Source: Candidatus Latescibacterota bacterium
GTDB taxonomy: Bacteria; Latescibacterota; UBA2968; UBA8231
DNA length: 64,000 nucleotides
Assembly: GCA_965261395.1 (NCBI GenBank)
Contig: OZ253462.1
Span: forward strand, 6,176,001-6,240,000
Reading direction: 5' to 3'
Shown here: piece after piece, positions 47,942 to 58,253 of the stretch
Numbering within the stretch: the stretch's first letter is position 1
How the letters are laid out: each line of letters starts with the position of its first letter
The notes under the pieces: generated by a model
What the model saw: the letters and a program-made list of their open reading frames with translations, nothing else
What the model was told of the DNA's origin: nothing
The model's database searches: none
Position numbers and translations under genes: made by a program

Positions 47942-49909
47942 ATGAAGTACGTGGCTATCCTATCGTCGGCCTTGTGCTGTATCGCCATCCCGGTCGCGGC
48001 CCAAATAGTCCACGTGTGGGATCTGGCCGATACCGCCCAGACGGGCCAATTCACAGTGTACAACCCCGATGTCAATGACGCTGAATTCGGCACGCCTATT
48101 ACCGCCGGCGATCTCGATGGCGACGGGCGCGACGATCTGGTGATTTCGGCCATGGCCGGTGATGGCCCCGCCAATGATCGCTCCAACGCCGGCGAAGTGG
48201 CCATTTGCTTCAACACCATACCCTCGGGGGGCGGCTTGGACTTGGCCGCCGACCCCGACGATGTGGTCACTCTATATGGCGAGGCCCGGCGCGACCTTTT
48301 CGGTATCAAGACCCATGTGGCCGACCTCATGGGCGACGGGCGCGCCGATCTTTTGGTGGGCGCTTTTTACGCCGATGCCCCCGAGCGCGCCAACGCCGGC
48401 AAGCTCTATATTTTCTCGGCCGAACTCATCGCTCGGTTGCGGGCCGCAGGGGGGCGCTTGGATTTGGCGCAACGACCTTGGCCGGAGGGCGTGAGCACCG
48501 TTATCGGTGCTGAACGCGACAATCGCTTGGGGGTGTGGATGGCCGCCGGCGATTTCGACGGCGATGGCCATCGGGATGCGGTGGTGGGTGCCGACCAGGC
48601 CTCGGGGGCGGCGGGGGCCGTTGAGACGGGACGGGTGTACGTCCTCTACGGTCCGCTAGATTCGGGTGCTACTATCGATCTGACGGCGGCGGAACACCCT
48701 TTGAGCATCATCTACGGCATCGATGCCCTAGACCACGCCGGTTCGACCGTGGCTACTGGCGACTTTGACGGCGATGGGTACGACGACATCGCCATTGGCG
48801 CGGCGGCTTTCGGCACCTTGCGCAATGCGTACCATCGCACCGGCGGCGCTGGGGATGGCCCCGAAAACCAGCGCGAAAACGCCGGGGAAATGTACGTGGT
48901 GTACGGCGGTCCCCAGCGTCCCGCGGCCATTGATTTAGCCGGGGATCCACCCGACGATCTGACCGTCATTTACGGTGCCGATGGCGGCGGGGATTCGCCC
49001 GATCGGCTGGGCGAGGAATTCGTCTTGGCCGATATCGACGGCAATGGCATCCAAGACCTATTCATCGGCGCGTACCGGGCCGACGGTCCGAGCAATAGCC
49101 GCACCGACGCCGGCGAGGTGTACGTGGTGTACGGCGGTCCCCAGCGGCGCGGACAGCGGCTGGATATGGCTGCGCCGCCGGCCGACATTACTGTTATCTA
49201 CGGTGCCCGCCCCAATGCCATTACGGGCGACGCCTTAGCGGCCGGCGATATCCACGGCGACGGGTACGACGACCTTTTTGTCGGTGTGCCCGGCGACGAG
49301 GGGCCGCTCAAGCGGCGCTTTGCCGGCGGTTTCGCGGTGCTGGCCGGCGGCCCCGATCTGCCGCACGAGATCGATTTGGCCGACCCCGCAGTACCCGTGG
49401 TGTGGATTGAGGCACCCGACCCGATCGATTTTTCGGCCTATTGGGGGGCCAGCGGCGATATGGATGGCGACGGGCGGATGGACGCGATCCCCAACGGCAT
49501 GGCCGGCGATGGCCCCGACAATCAACGCGAAAACGCGGGGGAAGCCCACATCATCAGCGGTGCCGCTCTGTCCCAATATTTGCCCGGCGCGGTCGTCCCC
49601 ACGGCCGTGGAAGAGGTGGCACAAACCACCCCCGCCAAGGCCGCTCTGTTGGCCAATTACCCCAATCCGTTCAACAGCTTCACGCGAATTCCCTTCATCC
49701 TGCCGGTTGAGGCGGATTATGTTTTGGCCATTTACGGGGTCGATGGCCAATTGGTGCGCCAACTGACCGGCGGCCGGGGGATGGGTCGCTACCTAGCCGG
49801 GTGGGATGCCCGCAACGACCAGGGGCGTCCGGTGGCCTCTGGGGTCTATTGGGCGCGGTTGCGCGTCGGCTCCCAACTGTACTGGCAGTCGCTGATGTAC
49901 ATCAGATAA
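47942..49909 (+). CDS. FG-GAP (integrin-alpha-like) repeat protein with FlgD-Ig-like C-terminus
   Basis: GDxDGDGxxD and NAGEVYVVYG repeats; NYPNPFN...WDARND.G..VASGVY. Confidence 0.88.
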   Translation: MKYVAILSSALCCIAIPVAAQIVHVWDLADTAQTGQFTVYNPDVNDAEFGTPITAGDLDGDGRDDLVISAMAGDGPANDRSNAGEVAICFNTIPSGGGLDLAADPDDVVTLYGEARRDLFGIKTHVADLMGDGRADLLVGAFYADAPERANAGKLYIFSAELIARLRAAGGRLDLAQRPWPEGVSTVIGAERDNRLGVWMAAGDFDGDGHRDAVVGADQASGAAGAVETGRVYVLYGPLDSGATIDLTAAEHPLSIIYGIDALDHAGSTVATGDFDGDGYDDIAIGAAAFGTLRNAYHRTGGAGDGPENQRENAGEMYVVYGGPQRPAAIDLAGDPPDDLTVIYGADGGGDSPDRLGEEFVLADIDGNGIQDLFIGAYRADGPSNSRTDAGEVYVVYGGPQRRGQRLDMAAPPADITVIYGARPNAITGDALAAGDIHGDGYDDLFVGVPGDEGPLKRRFAGGFAVLAGGPDLPHEIDLADPAVPVVWIEAPDPIDFSAYWGASGDMDGDGRMDAIPNGMAGDGPDNQRENAGEAHIISGAALSQYLPGAVVPTAVEEVAQTTPAKAALLANYPNPFNSFTRIPFILPVEADYVLAIYGVDGQLVRQLTGGRGMGRYLAGWDARNDQGRPVASGVYWARLRVGSQLYWQSLMYIR

Positions 49910-50025
49910 TGAATTTATGAGCGAGAATTTGCGGTTTCGGCTGGATGATTGGAAATTGAGGACGTATTCGGAGCACTTACAGCATAGCGTTTGCCATGAG
50001 ACCAAATCCGACAAGGAGATGAAAC

Positions 50026-50262
50026 ATGGATACTGAACTTATTCAATCTGATCCCGCAGTCATGATGGGCAAACCTGTCGTCGCGGGAACGCGCATTACT
50101 GTTGAGTTGATCCTAGAGAAACTCTCCGCAGAAGAGACAATCGACCAGATCCTTGAGGCGCATCCCCGTTTGACTAGGGAAGGTGTTCTGGCAGCCTTGA
50201 GTTTTGCCGCTCAAGCTCTGCGAGCTGATGTAGTATATCCAACTGTTGAGCAGAGTACGTGA
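50026..50262 (+). CDS. DUF433 antitoxin
   Basis: GKPVVAGTRITV. Confidence 0.9.
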   Translation: MDTELIQSDPAVMMGKPVVAGTRITVELILEKLSAEETIDQILEAHPRLTREGVLAALSFAAQALRADVVYPTVEQST

Positions 50263-50624
50263 ACCTGCTGGCGGACGAAAGTGTGGATAAACCCATCGTT
50301 GACCGCTTGCGGCAGGATGGTCACACCGTGCTATACATTGCGGAGTTGGATCCAAGTATTGATGACGATGCTGTGCTGCATCGGGCCAATCAGAATAGTG
50401 CCCTGCTGATTACAGCGGATAAAGACTTCGGCGAGCTCGTTTTCCGTATGGGACAGATCCACGCTGGAGTTGTACTTTTTCGCTTGGCAGGATTGTCTCC
50501 AAAAATGAAGGCGGGAATTGTATCGGCTGCGATTATCCACCGGGGCCGTGAACTACTTTCTGCTTTCAGCGTCATTTCGCCGGGAACGGTACGGATTCGT
50601 TCGCGAGCCGGGGAGCCTGATTGA
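50259..50624 (+). CDS. DUF5615 PIN-like toxin
   Basis: LADES, D..VL, TADKDFGEL. Confidence 0.88.
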   Translation: MNLLADESVDKPIVDRLRQDGHTVLYIAELDPSIDDDAVLHRANQNSALLITADKDFGELVFRMGQIHAGVVLFRLAGLSPKMKAGIVSAAIIHRGRELLSAFSVISPGTVRIRSRAGEPD

Positions 50625-50638
50625 GTAAGGATCGTTGT

Positions 50639-50929
50639 ATGCTACACGACGTTGTTTCTGCGATCTATCAGAGTGACTACTTAATTGAGCTAGAGTTCGA
50701 TGATGGCCAGCGCGGAACCGTTGATTTCGCAAAGTATTTGCAGAGGCGAGGTGTATTTGAGCGATTCAGGAATCTTGAGTTTTTCCGGAGCTTCGCTATC
50801 AACAAGGAGCTTGGCGTTTTGACGTGGGGCAACGAGATCGACATAGCACCAGAGACCTTGTATGCGGAGGCTACAGGGACTCCTCTTCCTTCATGGATGA
50901 ATCCAGAGAAAGAGCCTCGGAAGAACTAG
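50639..50929 (+). CDS. DUF2442 protein
   Basis: LEFDDG...W.NEIDIAPETLY. Confidence 0.85.
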   Translation: MLHDVVSAIYQSDYLIELEFDDGQRGTVDFAKYLQRRGVFERFRNLEFFRSFAINKELGVLTWGNEIDIAPETLYAEATGTPLPSWMNPEKEPRKN

Positions 50930-50937
50930 GAGGAAGA

Positions 50938-51171
50938 ATGCCTTCCATTTCAAAGAGTAAATTGAAAGCCAATATGTTTCGCATCTTCCGCGAGATTGAA
51001 GAAACTGGCGAAGAATGGATCGTTACAGATCACAATCGCCCCGTTTTACGCATCCAACCGATTACGCAAAAAAAGACCGTGGAAGAGGTGTTCGGAGCGA
51101 TTCAGGGCAAAGTCATCTATCGCGCAGACATCAATACGCCGACCGCTGACGAATGGGGAGCGCTGTCGTGA
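50938..51171 (+). CDS. Phd/YefM-family antitoxin, orphan
   Basis: SKLKA...IVTDHNRPV; followed only by a GTG ATC GTC (VapC-like start) stub. Confidence 0.8.
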   Translation: MPSISKSKLKANMFRIFREIEETGEEWIVTDHNRPVLRIQPITQKKTVEEVFGAIQGKVIYRADINTPTADEWGALS

Positions 51172-51245
51172 TCGTCACAGGGCATGTCGGACTGCGGCGT
51201 TTCCATTGCTAGTGGCCCTCTGCGAAACATCAAAGCCATCGCCTC

Positions 51246-52706
51246 CTATCGCTCCATCAAGAACGTAGGCGCGTAACCGTGCCCAGGCCCAAGGTCATCG
51301 TAAAGTTGAGTCATGGGCATCCGGTTCCAGAGGTGACCGACCATGACCGACAGAGGTAATGGCCCAGCTTGGAAGAGATGGACCATACCCTGGACTTTTC
51401 GTGTGTCAGTTCTCATCATGGCAGATATTTCGTGAGCAAATCCAAGCCCCTCTTTCGGTCCCGGAATTGACTGGCGGCTGACGCCTGAACTCGGAGAGTA
51501 AACGATCAATCGGTCAATCGGCAGTTCCGCACTATGAACATACTCAAGTACATCATCGCGGATCTGGGCACTGACACTCAAGGCCATCGCGATTTCACTG
51601 CCGGCTCCGACTTCGATCTCTTCTCGGATGACCTCCATGTTGACTTTCTCACTATAGCTCGACCATTCACCTTCGCGACCACAGATCGAGACACTTAAGC
51701 CAGTGACCTCGGATAGTAGGGAACCCGCCATCAGTCCGGTTGAGAGCCGTATCGTCCCGGCCAGAAAGACGTCACGATACTGTTGATGTTTGATCTTAGT
51801 GACCGCCGTATGAAGTTCGGGCTTCATCTGGGAATTCCATTCATCAGGTCGGCGAAGCTGTCGGCGTGATGAAGCGTCGCTCCCCTCAAAGAGGTCTACC
51901 CAGTCAACATAGGCCGTCGCAGCCTCCGGCCAAGGGTCAGATTCCAAGGACTGGATGAGGAGGGTCGCCCGGTTCTTACTACCCAGAAGTCTCTTAGAAT
52001 GAGCGATTTCCATTAGATCATCGGCGTCGAGTTCACAGATGCCTTCACCGATAAGCCGTCGGATCTCGCTGACTCCTATGTCAACGGCCTCTGGATCTCC
52101 TCGAAATCCCACGGCGCGCATTCGCCAAGTGCATTGATCGCGTAGCTGGTCCAAACCTTCACGACCCGCACGAATCTCAAGGTGTTCAAGCATCTGGAGG
52201 AGTTCGTCGTCACCGACCTTAAGATGCTCTGCCCATTCGGCACGTACTCTCCCAGAAGCTGATCTAGGTGTCGCCTCGGTGAGCCGCGGCACGACCTTTC
52301 CCGACCTACCACAGACATGCTTCAGCAGTGGATCCTCTGCAGCTGGCCACCGGTTTGTTTGCAGGGCCATCTCTGGAGGCACGCCGTTGATCGTAAGGGT
52401 CTTCATGCTGTCGTAAAAACGCTGCAGGGGAGTGAGAGTACCAGGCCTGGAAGGTGTCGTAAACCATTTGTGTGTCAATGGTTTCTGGGTCATCGCAAAT
52501 TTGATCTGATTGTAGACAGAAGGCGCATTGCTGCGGTGTATTACAAGATCGTCGACATTGCCAGCTTTAACCTCGAAGCTAACCTTTATTACACCATCTT
52601 CTTTAAGCAGCAGCCTAAGAGTATTCAGCCAAGTGAATAAGTGCTGGTAGTCATCGCCCGAGAGGCGCGCACCACTCGGGCTAGGTTTATTCCTCGACAT
52701 ATCCAT
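51246..52706 (-). CDS. cap4: CBASS Cap4-like effector (restriction-endonuclease-like domain + SAVED)
   Basis: GDDYQ...VDDLV...QIK; VHLFQAGPLPLSVMVGHLWNR. Confidence 0.85.
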   Translation of the reverse strand: MDMSRNKPSPSGARLSGDDYQHLFTWLNTLRLLLKEDGVIKVSFEVKAGNVDDLVIHRSNAPSVYNQIKFAMTQKPLTHKWFTTPSRPGTLTPLQRFYDSMKTLTINGVPPEMALQTNRWPAAEDPLLKHVCGRSGKVVPRLTEATPRSASGRVRAEWAEHLKVGDDELLQMLEHLEIRAGREGLDQLRDQCTWRMRAVGFRGDPEAVDIGVSEIRRLIGEGICELDADDLMEIAHSKRLLGSKNRATLLIQSLESDPWPEAATAYVDWVDLFEGSDASSRRQLRRPDEWNSQMKPELHTAVTKIKHQQYRDVFLAGTIRLSTGLMAGSLLSEVTGLSVSICGREGEWSSYSEKVNMEVIREEIEVGAGSEIAMALSVSAQIRDDVLEYVHSAELPIDRLIVYSPSSGVSRQSIPGPKEGLGFAHEISAMMRTDTRKVQGMVHLFQAGPLPLSVMVGHLWNRMPMTQLYDDLGPGHGYAPTFLMER

Positions 52707-52746
52707 TCTTCAGGGCTCAGGGAGTGACTCAGTATTGATGGCACCC

Positions 52747-53259
52747 CTAGATTTTCGATAAAGAATCGTCGTAATCGTGGGGTGATTGGGATGCAGGTAA
52801 AGGTCCGGCTCCGATGATACGAAGACGTCTCAGTGACGCTCCTGTCCATTGTCGGGGATCAATCTCGTACTTGTCTCTCGTCCGACGGACTATGAACAAG
52901 AGTGGGTGCCGACAGTCCCCATTGAGTGCTAATCTAGCCATAGTGGCTCTATCCGCGCCGCTCGGGTCAACGTCGCAAGGATGTGAATGCCAGTCGCCGA
53001 GATATCCCAAGCGGCTGTCCTTCTTCCGTAGCTGAACCACTGCACGATTGCGAGCTCCTGAGGGGAGTTCGAAATATGTGTTGCTACTACGACGGGGGGA
53101 GATTTCCTTCGCGTGAGTCACCCAAGGCCGTCCCCAAGCAAGAACGCCGATAAGAACACCGCCGGTCTCTCTAGGATGTCCGCGGTGAGCTGCGACAATA
53201 AGTGCGTCGCGAACTGCCTCAGTAAGCCAAACGCGCCATAGCCCAATCATGCTACTCAA
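52747..53259 (-). CDS. cap3: CBASS Cap3 JAB/JAMM isopeptidase
   Basis: ETGGVLIG, WHSHP....PSGAD. Confidence 0.88.
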   Translation of the reverse strand: MSSMIGLWRVWLTEAVRDALIVAAHRGHPRETGGVLIGVLAWGRPWVTHAKEISPRRSSNTYFELPSGARNRAVVQLRKKDSRLGYLGDWHSHPCDVDPSGADRATMARLALNGDCRHPLLFIVRRTRDKYEIDPRQWTGASLRRLRIIGAGPLPASQSPHDYDDSLSKI

Positions 53260-54387
53260 AGATTAACCCTCCCTACCTTATCAAAGGGGGCACTTTCAAG
53301 AGGGCGGTAGACGTCAATTATTTCCTCTATGTAATTGTTGCGACCAGTGAGAAAATCTATTACGACCTCTGCTGTTAGTGCTGCGCCGGATGCGACGGCT
53401 ACAGGCGACGCATTGTTGACCGGCGATGAACATCCTGGTTCAAAAGTAAGAGTTTCTTTTCCCGCCGGAATCACTGGATAACGTGAACAAGAAGAGCGTT
53501 TGTAGATGGCACAAGAACTAGGCGTCTGCCGTCGCACACGCATGATAGAGCCACCACGGTATAGAGCGGACGATACAAGCGGTATATTCTTTTGCTCGCA
53601 GAGCACCGATAGCAGGTTGGTGAAGGAAGCGAGTCCGGTCGCCTCTACCACGAAGTCAGTGGTGTCAACAAGCCCTTCGATCTCGTTAGGGTTCCATGTT
53701 GACTTCTCCGCTCGGGCAACCTCTGTCCAGGGTGCCCGAGCATGAGCAAGAAAGTGGACTGCGGAAACTTTCGTGTTACCGACAGCCCACGAGCCAGCGG
53801 CATGCCGCACGACGTTTCCAGGCCGAAGACGCTCCCCATCGACAACGACCAAGTGTCCTAGGCCTGCCTCAGCGAGACGGAGGGCAGCATTAGATCCAAT
53901 TGCCCCGAGCCCAAAGATAACAACACGTTTCCCGGCAAGTACTTCGATATCAGAACCCGCCCTGAGCTTCAGCATTTCCAAATCGGTGAGCGCCACCTCT
54001 ATCGACTCAGCCACTACTCCTTTTCCCCCCTTCTCCGCTATCAGCACGAGCACTTCCTGACCAAGATCCCGATTCCAGATGAGCATAAAGATTCGGCTTT
54101 CTTCATGCTTCTCGATAGCCCGATAGCGACGATCGAAATTATTCCGCTGACTCGAGCTAAGCAGCTCCCGGACATCATCGAGCTCCCTGGGGGGTGTTTT
54201 GACTTCTCCAACCTCATACCAACGTCCTTCGATCCGGCCATTAAGACCAGGAACGATCTTGATTGCCGAGTTATCCTTATTCCATGTGGCTGAGATAACA
54301 CCGAGTTTCCTCTCGTGCTTTTCAAGCTTCAACTCCTTGAGCTTCACCGTGGCGATCACGCTGGGCCGGATCTTACTAAAATAAAGA

Positions 54388-55572
54388 GGCTTTGTTGCAT
54401 GAAAACCGGTCGGGGCCGTGTTGGCTTCTTTCGCGTGTGATTTACGCTTTTTTGGTTAGCGGATAGGACTCAGGTTTCGCCAACGCCCGCATCCGGTTGA
54501 GCAAGGCACAGCCCAACCGCGCTTCGGTCTGTTGGTTGGTTAGGGTTCGGGTGCGCAAGGTGTCACCAAGTATCTGTTTGTAGCGGCCTATCTGCGTTTC
54601 GGCTACCGAGCGTCGATGATAGCCGCTCTCGTGTTTCCAACCTCGACGGCCCCGTTTGCGGATGGCTCGAATCGTCTCATCGCGGGGCAACGGCTCGGCG
54701 TTGGTGTTGCCATGTTGCTCGATTTTGGCGTCCTTGCGCGGCGGAATGATCGGATGAATAGGTGCCCCCTGCTCGGGCGCGGCCAACGCCTTGAACACCT
54801 TGCGTTTGTCATAGGCCCCATCGCCGCCCAACGCCTCCACGGGGGCCTCGATCTGTGCCAGCAACGGCTCCACCTGCCCCGCATCATCGTGGCTATTCGT
54901 CGTCAAGGTCTGCGCGACGATCTCGCCGGTGGCTTCATTAACCCCGAGGTGCAATTTGCGCCACGTGCGCCGCTTGCTCCAGCCGTGCTGACGCACCTTC
55001 CATTCGCCTTCGCCATACACTTTCAGCCCGGTCGAATCCACCACCAAGTGCATCGGTTGGTCTCCCCGCTGGGGCGGCCACGCCACGGCTAAACCCGCCT
55101 GACGGCGCGACAGGGTCGTGTGATCGGGCACCCGCAGATCCAAGCCCATCAGGGCCAACACCGAAGCGACAAACCCCTCGGTTTGGCGTAGGGGCAAGTG
55201 ATACAAAAGACGCAGCGTCAACGCCGTTTGGATGGCGACCTCCGAAAAGGTATATTGCGCCCCCCGCTGAGGCGGCCCTTGATAATACCAAGCTTCGACG
55301 GCCTGGGGCGTGAACCACACCGTCAGACTACCGCGCTGTTGCAGCCCGGCCTCATAGTCGGCCCAATTACGTACCCGGTACACGACGTTGGAGCGACGGC
55401 GAGGCGAGCGACCAGGCTTGACGGAAGAGGGGCAAGACGATAGGTTGGCCATGACAGGTTCCTTGGACGAGAAAGCATGGGTTTTTTGGCGAAAGTCGTG
55501 CTCAATCTACTGAGGAGCCTGTTTTTATTCAACCGATCAACCGAAAAAAACACCAATTCATGCACCAAAGCC
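54388..55572 (-). mobile_element. IS5-family (IS903 group) element
   Basis: TIR ggctttgttgcatgaa / ttcatgcaccaaagcc; 9-bp TSD aaataaaga (54379-54387, 55573-55581). Confidence 0.95.
54442..55452 (-). CDS. IS903-group transposase, intact
   Basis: NWADYE.GL.QRGSLT, VDSTGLK, RRTWRKLH, DGAYD, YHRRS.AET. Confidence 0.95.
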   Translation of the reverse strand: MANLSSCPSSVKPGRSPRRRSNVVYRVRNWADYEAGLQQRGSLTVWFTPQAVEAWYYQGPPQRGAQYTFSEVAIQTALTLRLLYHLPLRQTEGFVASVLALMGLDLRVPDHTTLSRRQAGLAVAWPPQRGDQPMHLVVDSTGLKVYGEGEWKVRQHGWSKRRTWRKLHLGVNEATGEIVAQTLTTNSHDDAGQVEPLLAQIEAPVEALGGDGAYDKRKVFKALAAPEQGAPIHPIIPPRKDAKIEQHGNTNAEPLPRDETIRAIRKRGRRGWKHESGYHRRSVAETQIGRYKQILGDTLRTRTLTNQQTEARLGCALLNRMRALAKPESYPLTKKA

Positions 55573-55947
55573 AAATAAAGATGAGAATCGAGGACGAAGT
55601 CCTCGGGTTGGAAGTCTTCCCTAACTCGCCTTGCCCACTCCGCGATCCGTTTGAAGTACCCCCTGAGAGTAAGCCACTCGCCCGAGCAATCGCCTACCTG
55701 CCATAAGCACACCTCGCCTTCTGCATTAACGTGTACCTCATCAAGTCCTTCAACTAAAAGACTAGGATGGCGGAATGGCCAACCGTCGTGGAAAACTACG
55801 GTCATCCTTGTCGCTGAGGTTAAACCTTTCAGATCATCAGCAATTGGTCCAATCCAGATTCTGAGATCCTCATCTCTAGGCTCAAAACCCGCCTCGATCA
55901 GCTCTGTCCGGAACCGCTCAAGTGAGGATGGATCGAGGGAAGCTATA

Positions 55948-56949
55948 TCACGCGAAGCCACTTGCTTCCCTCGGTCCGATGGCCGCTACTCGGGCGACCT
56001 CCTTGATCTCCTTGCCTTTCTCATCGCAACCGGGCGGGAGCGGGAAGCATTGGCCACGGCTGTTCGAGCCTAATATATGACGCCATATGATGGCTGCTGG
56101 ACAACGGTCGGCCATACAAGCCTCTTCCGCCTTTTGCGTAAGCCCTACGAAGGTTGCCGCCGCCGCCGCGCGGTCGATAGGATCGGGCTCCGGGCTATAC
56201 GGGCGTCCTAGCACCGGATCGATAAGCGGCTTGGAAGCAGTGAGTTGGCTAGCTATCGAGCGCAACGATGCGGTGAAAATTTCAGCGAAGCTATCTCCCT
56301 TAATACCCATGTCAAACGCCCAGTAGGTCAGAAGCTCGAAGTAAAGGCCGCCAGGCTTCTTGTCGCCAAGGTGATGACAGCGGGTCTGACGGACAAGCTT
56401 TACAGTGGGCACATATGCGCCTTGTCCGTCGACTTTGAGAACGCTGTTCATTTCGGAGGTAAGCTCCGAGAGCTTCTCCGGATCAGTCTCAACCCAGCGT
56501 GCGCTGTAATCTGGATCGGCCCACTGATCCCTATCTCGGCGGGGAATCCCCCACCTATTCCCTATACGAACTGCCGGCACAATATCGACTCCGAAATCAT
56601 CGCCATCGAACGGGAACAAGACCTTGATTGACCGAGACTGTGGATGGACCCGCTCCCCATACCGGGCGAGAAGTATATCAACCAAGGCCTCGTACACGTC
56701 GTTTGGGTCCACTCTCGCATCCAGATTAGCGAGTTTGCTAAAGACGTCGACGTCGTTCCCAGGGTGGATGCCCGTGTGACGCGCATAGGAGCCGATGAGA
56801 ACTGTATCGATACCCCATTGGCGAAGGAGCTCTCTCTCCTCGAGGTAGCTGCGGATCTCGGAGTGTGCCTTAATTGCGCGCTCGCGCTTTTCGCCCTTGA
56901 TCTCGATCCTGCTCAGCGCATCCTTGAACTGCTGAGGTAGCTTTTCCAA
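55948..56949 (-). CDS. cGAS/DncV-like nucleotidyltransferase (CD-NTase)
   Basis: GSYARHT...DVDV, DIVPA, TDP, C-terminal ...GFA; AAGGAG RBS before TTG. Confidence 0.9.
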   Translation of the reverse strand: MEKLPQQFKDALSRIEIKGEKRERAIKAHSEIRSYLEERELLRQWGIDTVLIGSYARHTGIHPGNDVDVFSKLANLDARVDPNDVYEALVDILLARYGERVHPQSRSIKVLFPFDGDDFGVDIVPAVRIGNRWGIPRRDRDQWADPDYSARWVETDPEKLSELTSEMNSVLKVDGQGAYVPTVKLVRQTRCHHLGDKKPGGLYFELLTYWAFDMGIKGDSFAEIFTASLRSIASQLTASKPLIDPVLGRPYSPEPDPIDRAAAAATFVGLTQKAEEACMADRCPAAIIWRHILGSNSRGQCFPLPPGCDEKGKEIKEVARVAAIGPREASGFA

Positions 56950-57044
56950 TTATAGACTCCTTTTTTCGAATTCTTGGGCGGCACATTGCTGCGACCGATT
57001 TGACTACCAGCGTGTGTCCACCTCGTATTTCTTATGGTTGGCTT

Positions 57045-57073
57045 AATTTAGTCGGCGGCGATGTGATTGTCAA
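57045..57073 (-). promoter_or_regulatory. Putative sigma70 promoter for the CBASS operon
   Basis: TTGACA-N17-TAAATT on minus strand. Confidence 0.6.
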
Positions 57074-57121
57074 GAAAAACACCTTCGATTTATATGTTTG
57101 TTTAATAAACTGTTTGAATAA

Positions 57122-57150
57122 TTGACAAATTTGTTGTTACAACTTATATT
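57122..57150 (+). promoter_or_regulatory. Putative divergent sigma70 promoter
   Basis: TTGACA-N17-TATATT. Confidence 0.6.
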
Positions 57151-57914
57151 AACAATATATTTTTGTTTGTTACGAATATATCATCTTCGTAGCATATTGC
57201 ATGACAAGAGGTTGTACTATCTATCTAGATAGCGATCGAGCTCTACAAGAACGTCTCGATGCCTGCTGTGGGGATAGCAAGGCAAGATCGTACGCGCAGC
57301 CTCGCTGCAGGGCAGCCCCGTCTGCGCCGCAGCCTATGGCTGCAACACTGCCCTTGAGAGCTCTACTGTCCAATCCCTGGTCGTCGGGGCAGGTAGATCC
57401 CCTCCACCGCCCTGCACTCTCGGGCCCGCGTAAGTTTCTACTTCGAGTAGCTCCTGCTCAGATCCTAGCCTTGGATACCCTAGAATATCTCCTGCGCTTG
57501 GCTTCGTCCTGTCCAATACTCTGTACCGGTTCGTCGAACATCAGCGGCAAGGTCACGCGTCCTTCGAACCACGAGCTGGCATGCCCCTCTTGAGCTACTA
57601 ACAGCTTCGAGACACCTTAATAGCAGTTATAGGGGAAGTGATTGAAGTGGGGATACACCAAGTAGGGATGACCTGAGGTGCCTCCGTTTACTTAATTATG
57701 GAAAAGAGTAGGTTGCCCCTGACTTTTCATTTTGGCATTATACCACGAACCGGCGGTGCACGCCGGACAGGAAAGGAGAGAGTCGCTGTGAGAGAGTCTA
57801 CGCGGGTATGCCATGTCCCCGTCCAAGCCAGACGTGGGCGACCTTGGAAGCTTGGGCTTGAGTCTGAATACAGAATCTGCTGCAGCGTTTGACATATACT
57901 TATCTATCGACACC

Positions 57915-58253
57915 ATGAATAATAAAAAGTCTGAATTCGATCACTCGCTCGGGAAGCTCATACGAGAAGCGCGAGAGCAGGCGCGAGTAACTCAGGATCA
58001 ACTAGCGGAAGCAGTCAGGCTTTCTCGAACATCGATCACGAACATCGAAAGAGGGCGCCAAGGGGTTCAGGTATCCTTGTTGGTCCGTATCGCGCGAACC
58101 TTGGGGAAGAATGTGGCAGATCTCATCCCAGATGATGATGCTCAAATAACACGATCGCTTCCCGAGCAACTGGGAATGTCCGACAAACGTAGACTGGAAT
58201 GGGTAGTCCGTGTCTTAGGTGTAGAATCGAAGGAGGAAAGCGATGGCTCCTAG
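57915..58253 (+). CDS. capH: XRE HTH repressor, CapH-like
   Basis: TQDQLAEAVRLSRTSITNIERG; divergent from CBASS, coupled to peptidase. Confidence 0.75.
   Translation: MNNKKSEFDHSLGKLIREAREQARVTQDQLAEAVRLSRTSITNIERGRQGVQVSLLVRIARTLGKNVADLIPDDDAQITRSLPEQLGMSDKRRLEWVVRVLGVESKEESDGS

Larger units (their letters stand above)
53256..55961 (-). pseudogene. cap2: CBASS Cap2 (E2-E1/ThiF) interrupted by IS5
   Basis: E2 WPFRHP...HV...VCLW; E1 GLGAIGS, NVVRH, EPGC; IS removal gives in-frame SHLYFSKIRPSVIAT, 503 aa. Confidence 0.9.

Noticed and set aside
47942-49600. Recurring nucleotide motifs as a possible CRISPR or DGR repeat
   Set aside because: Explained by FG-GAP protein repeats; no spacers and no reverse transcriptase
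57201-57593. 130-aa ORF as a CBASS accessory gene
   Set aside because: No RBS, no recognisable motif, atypical composition
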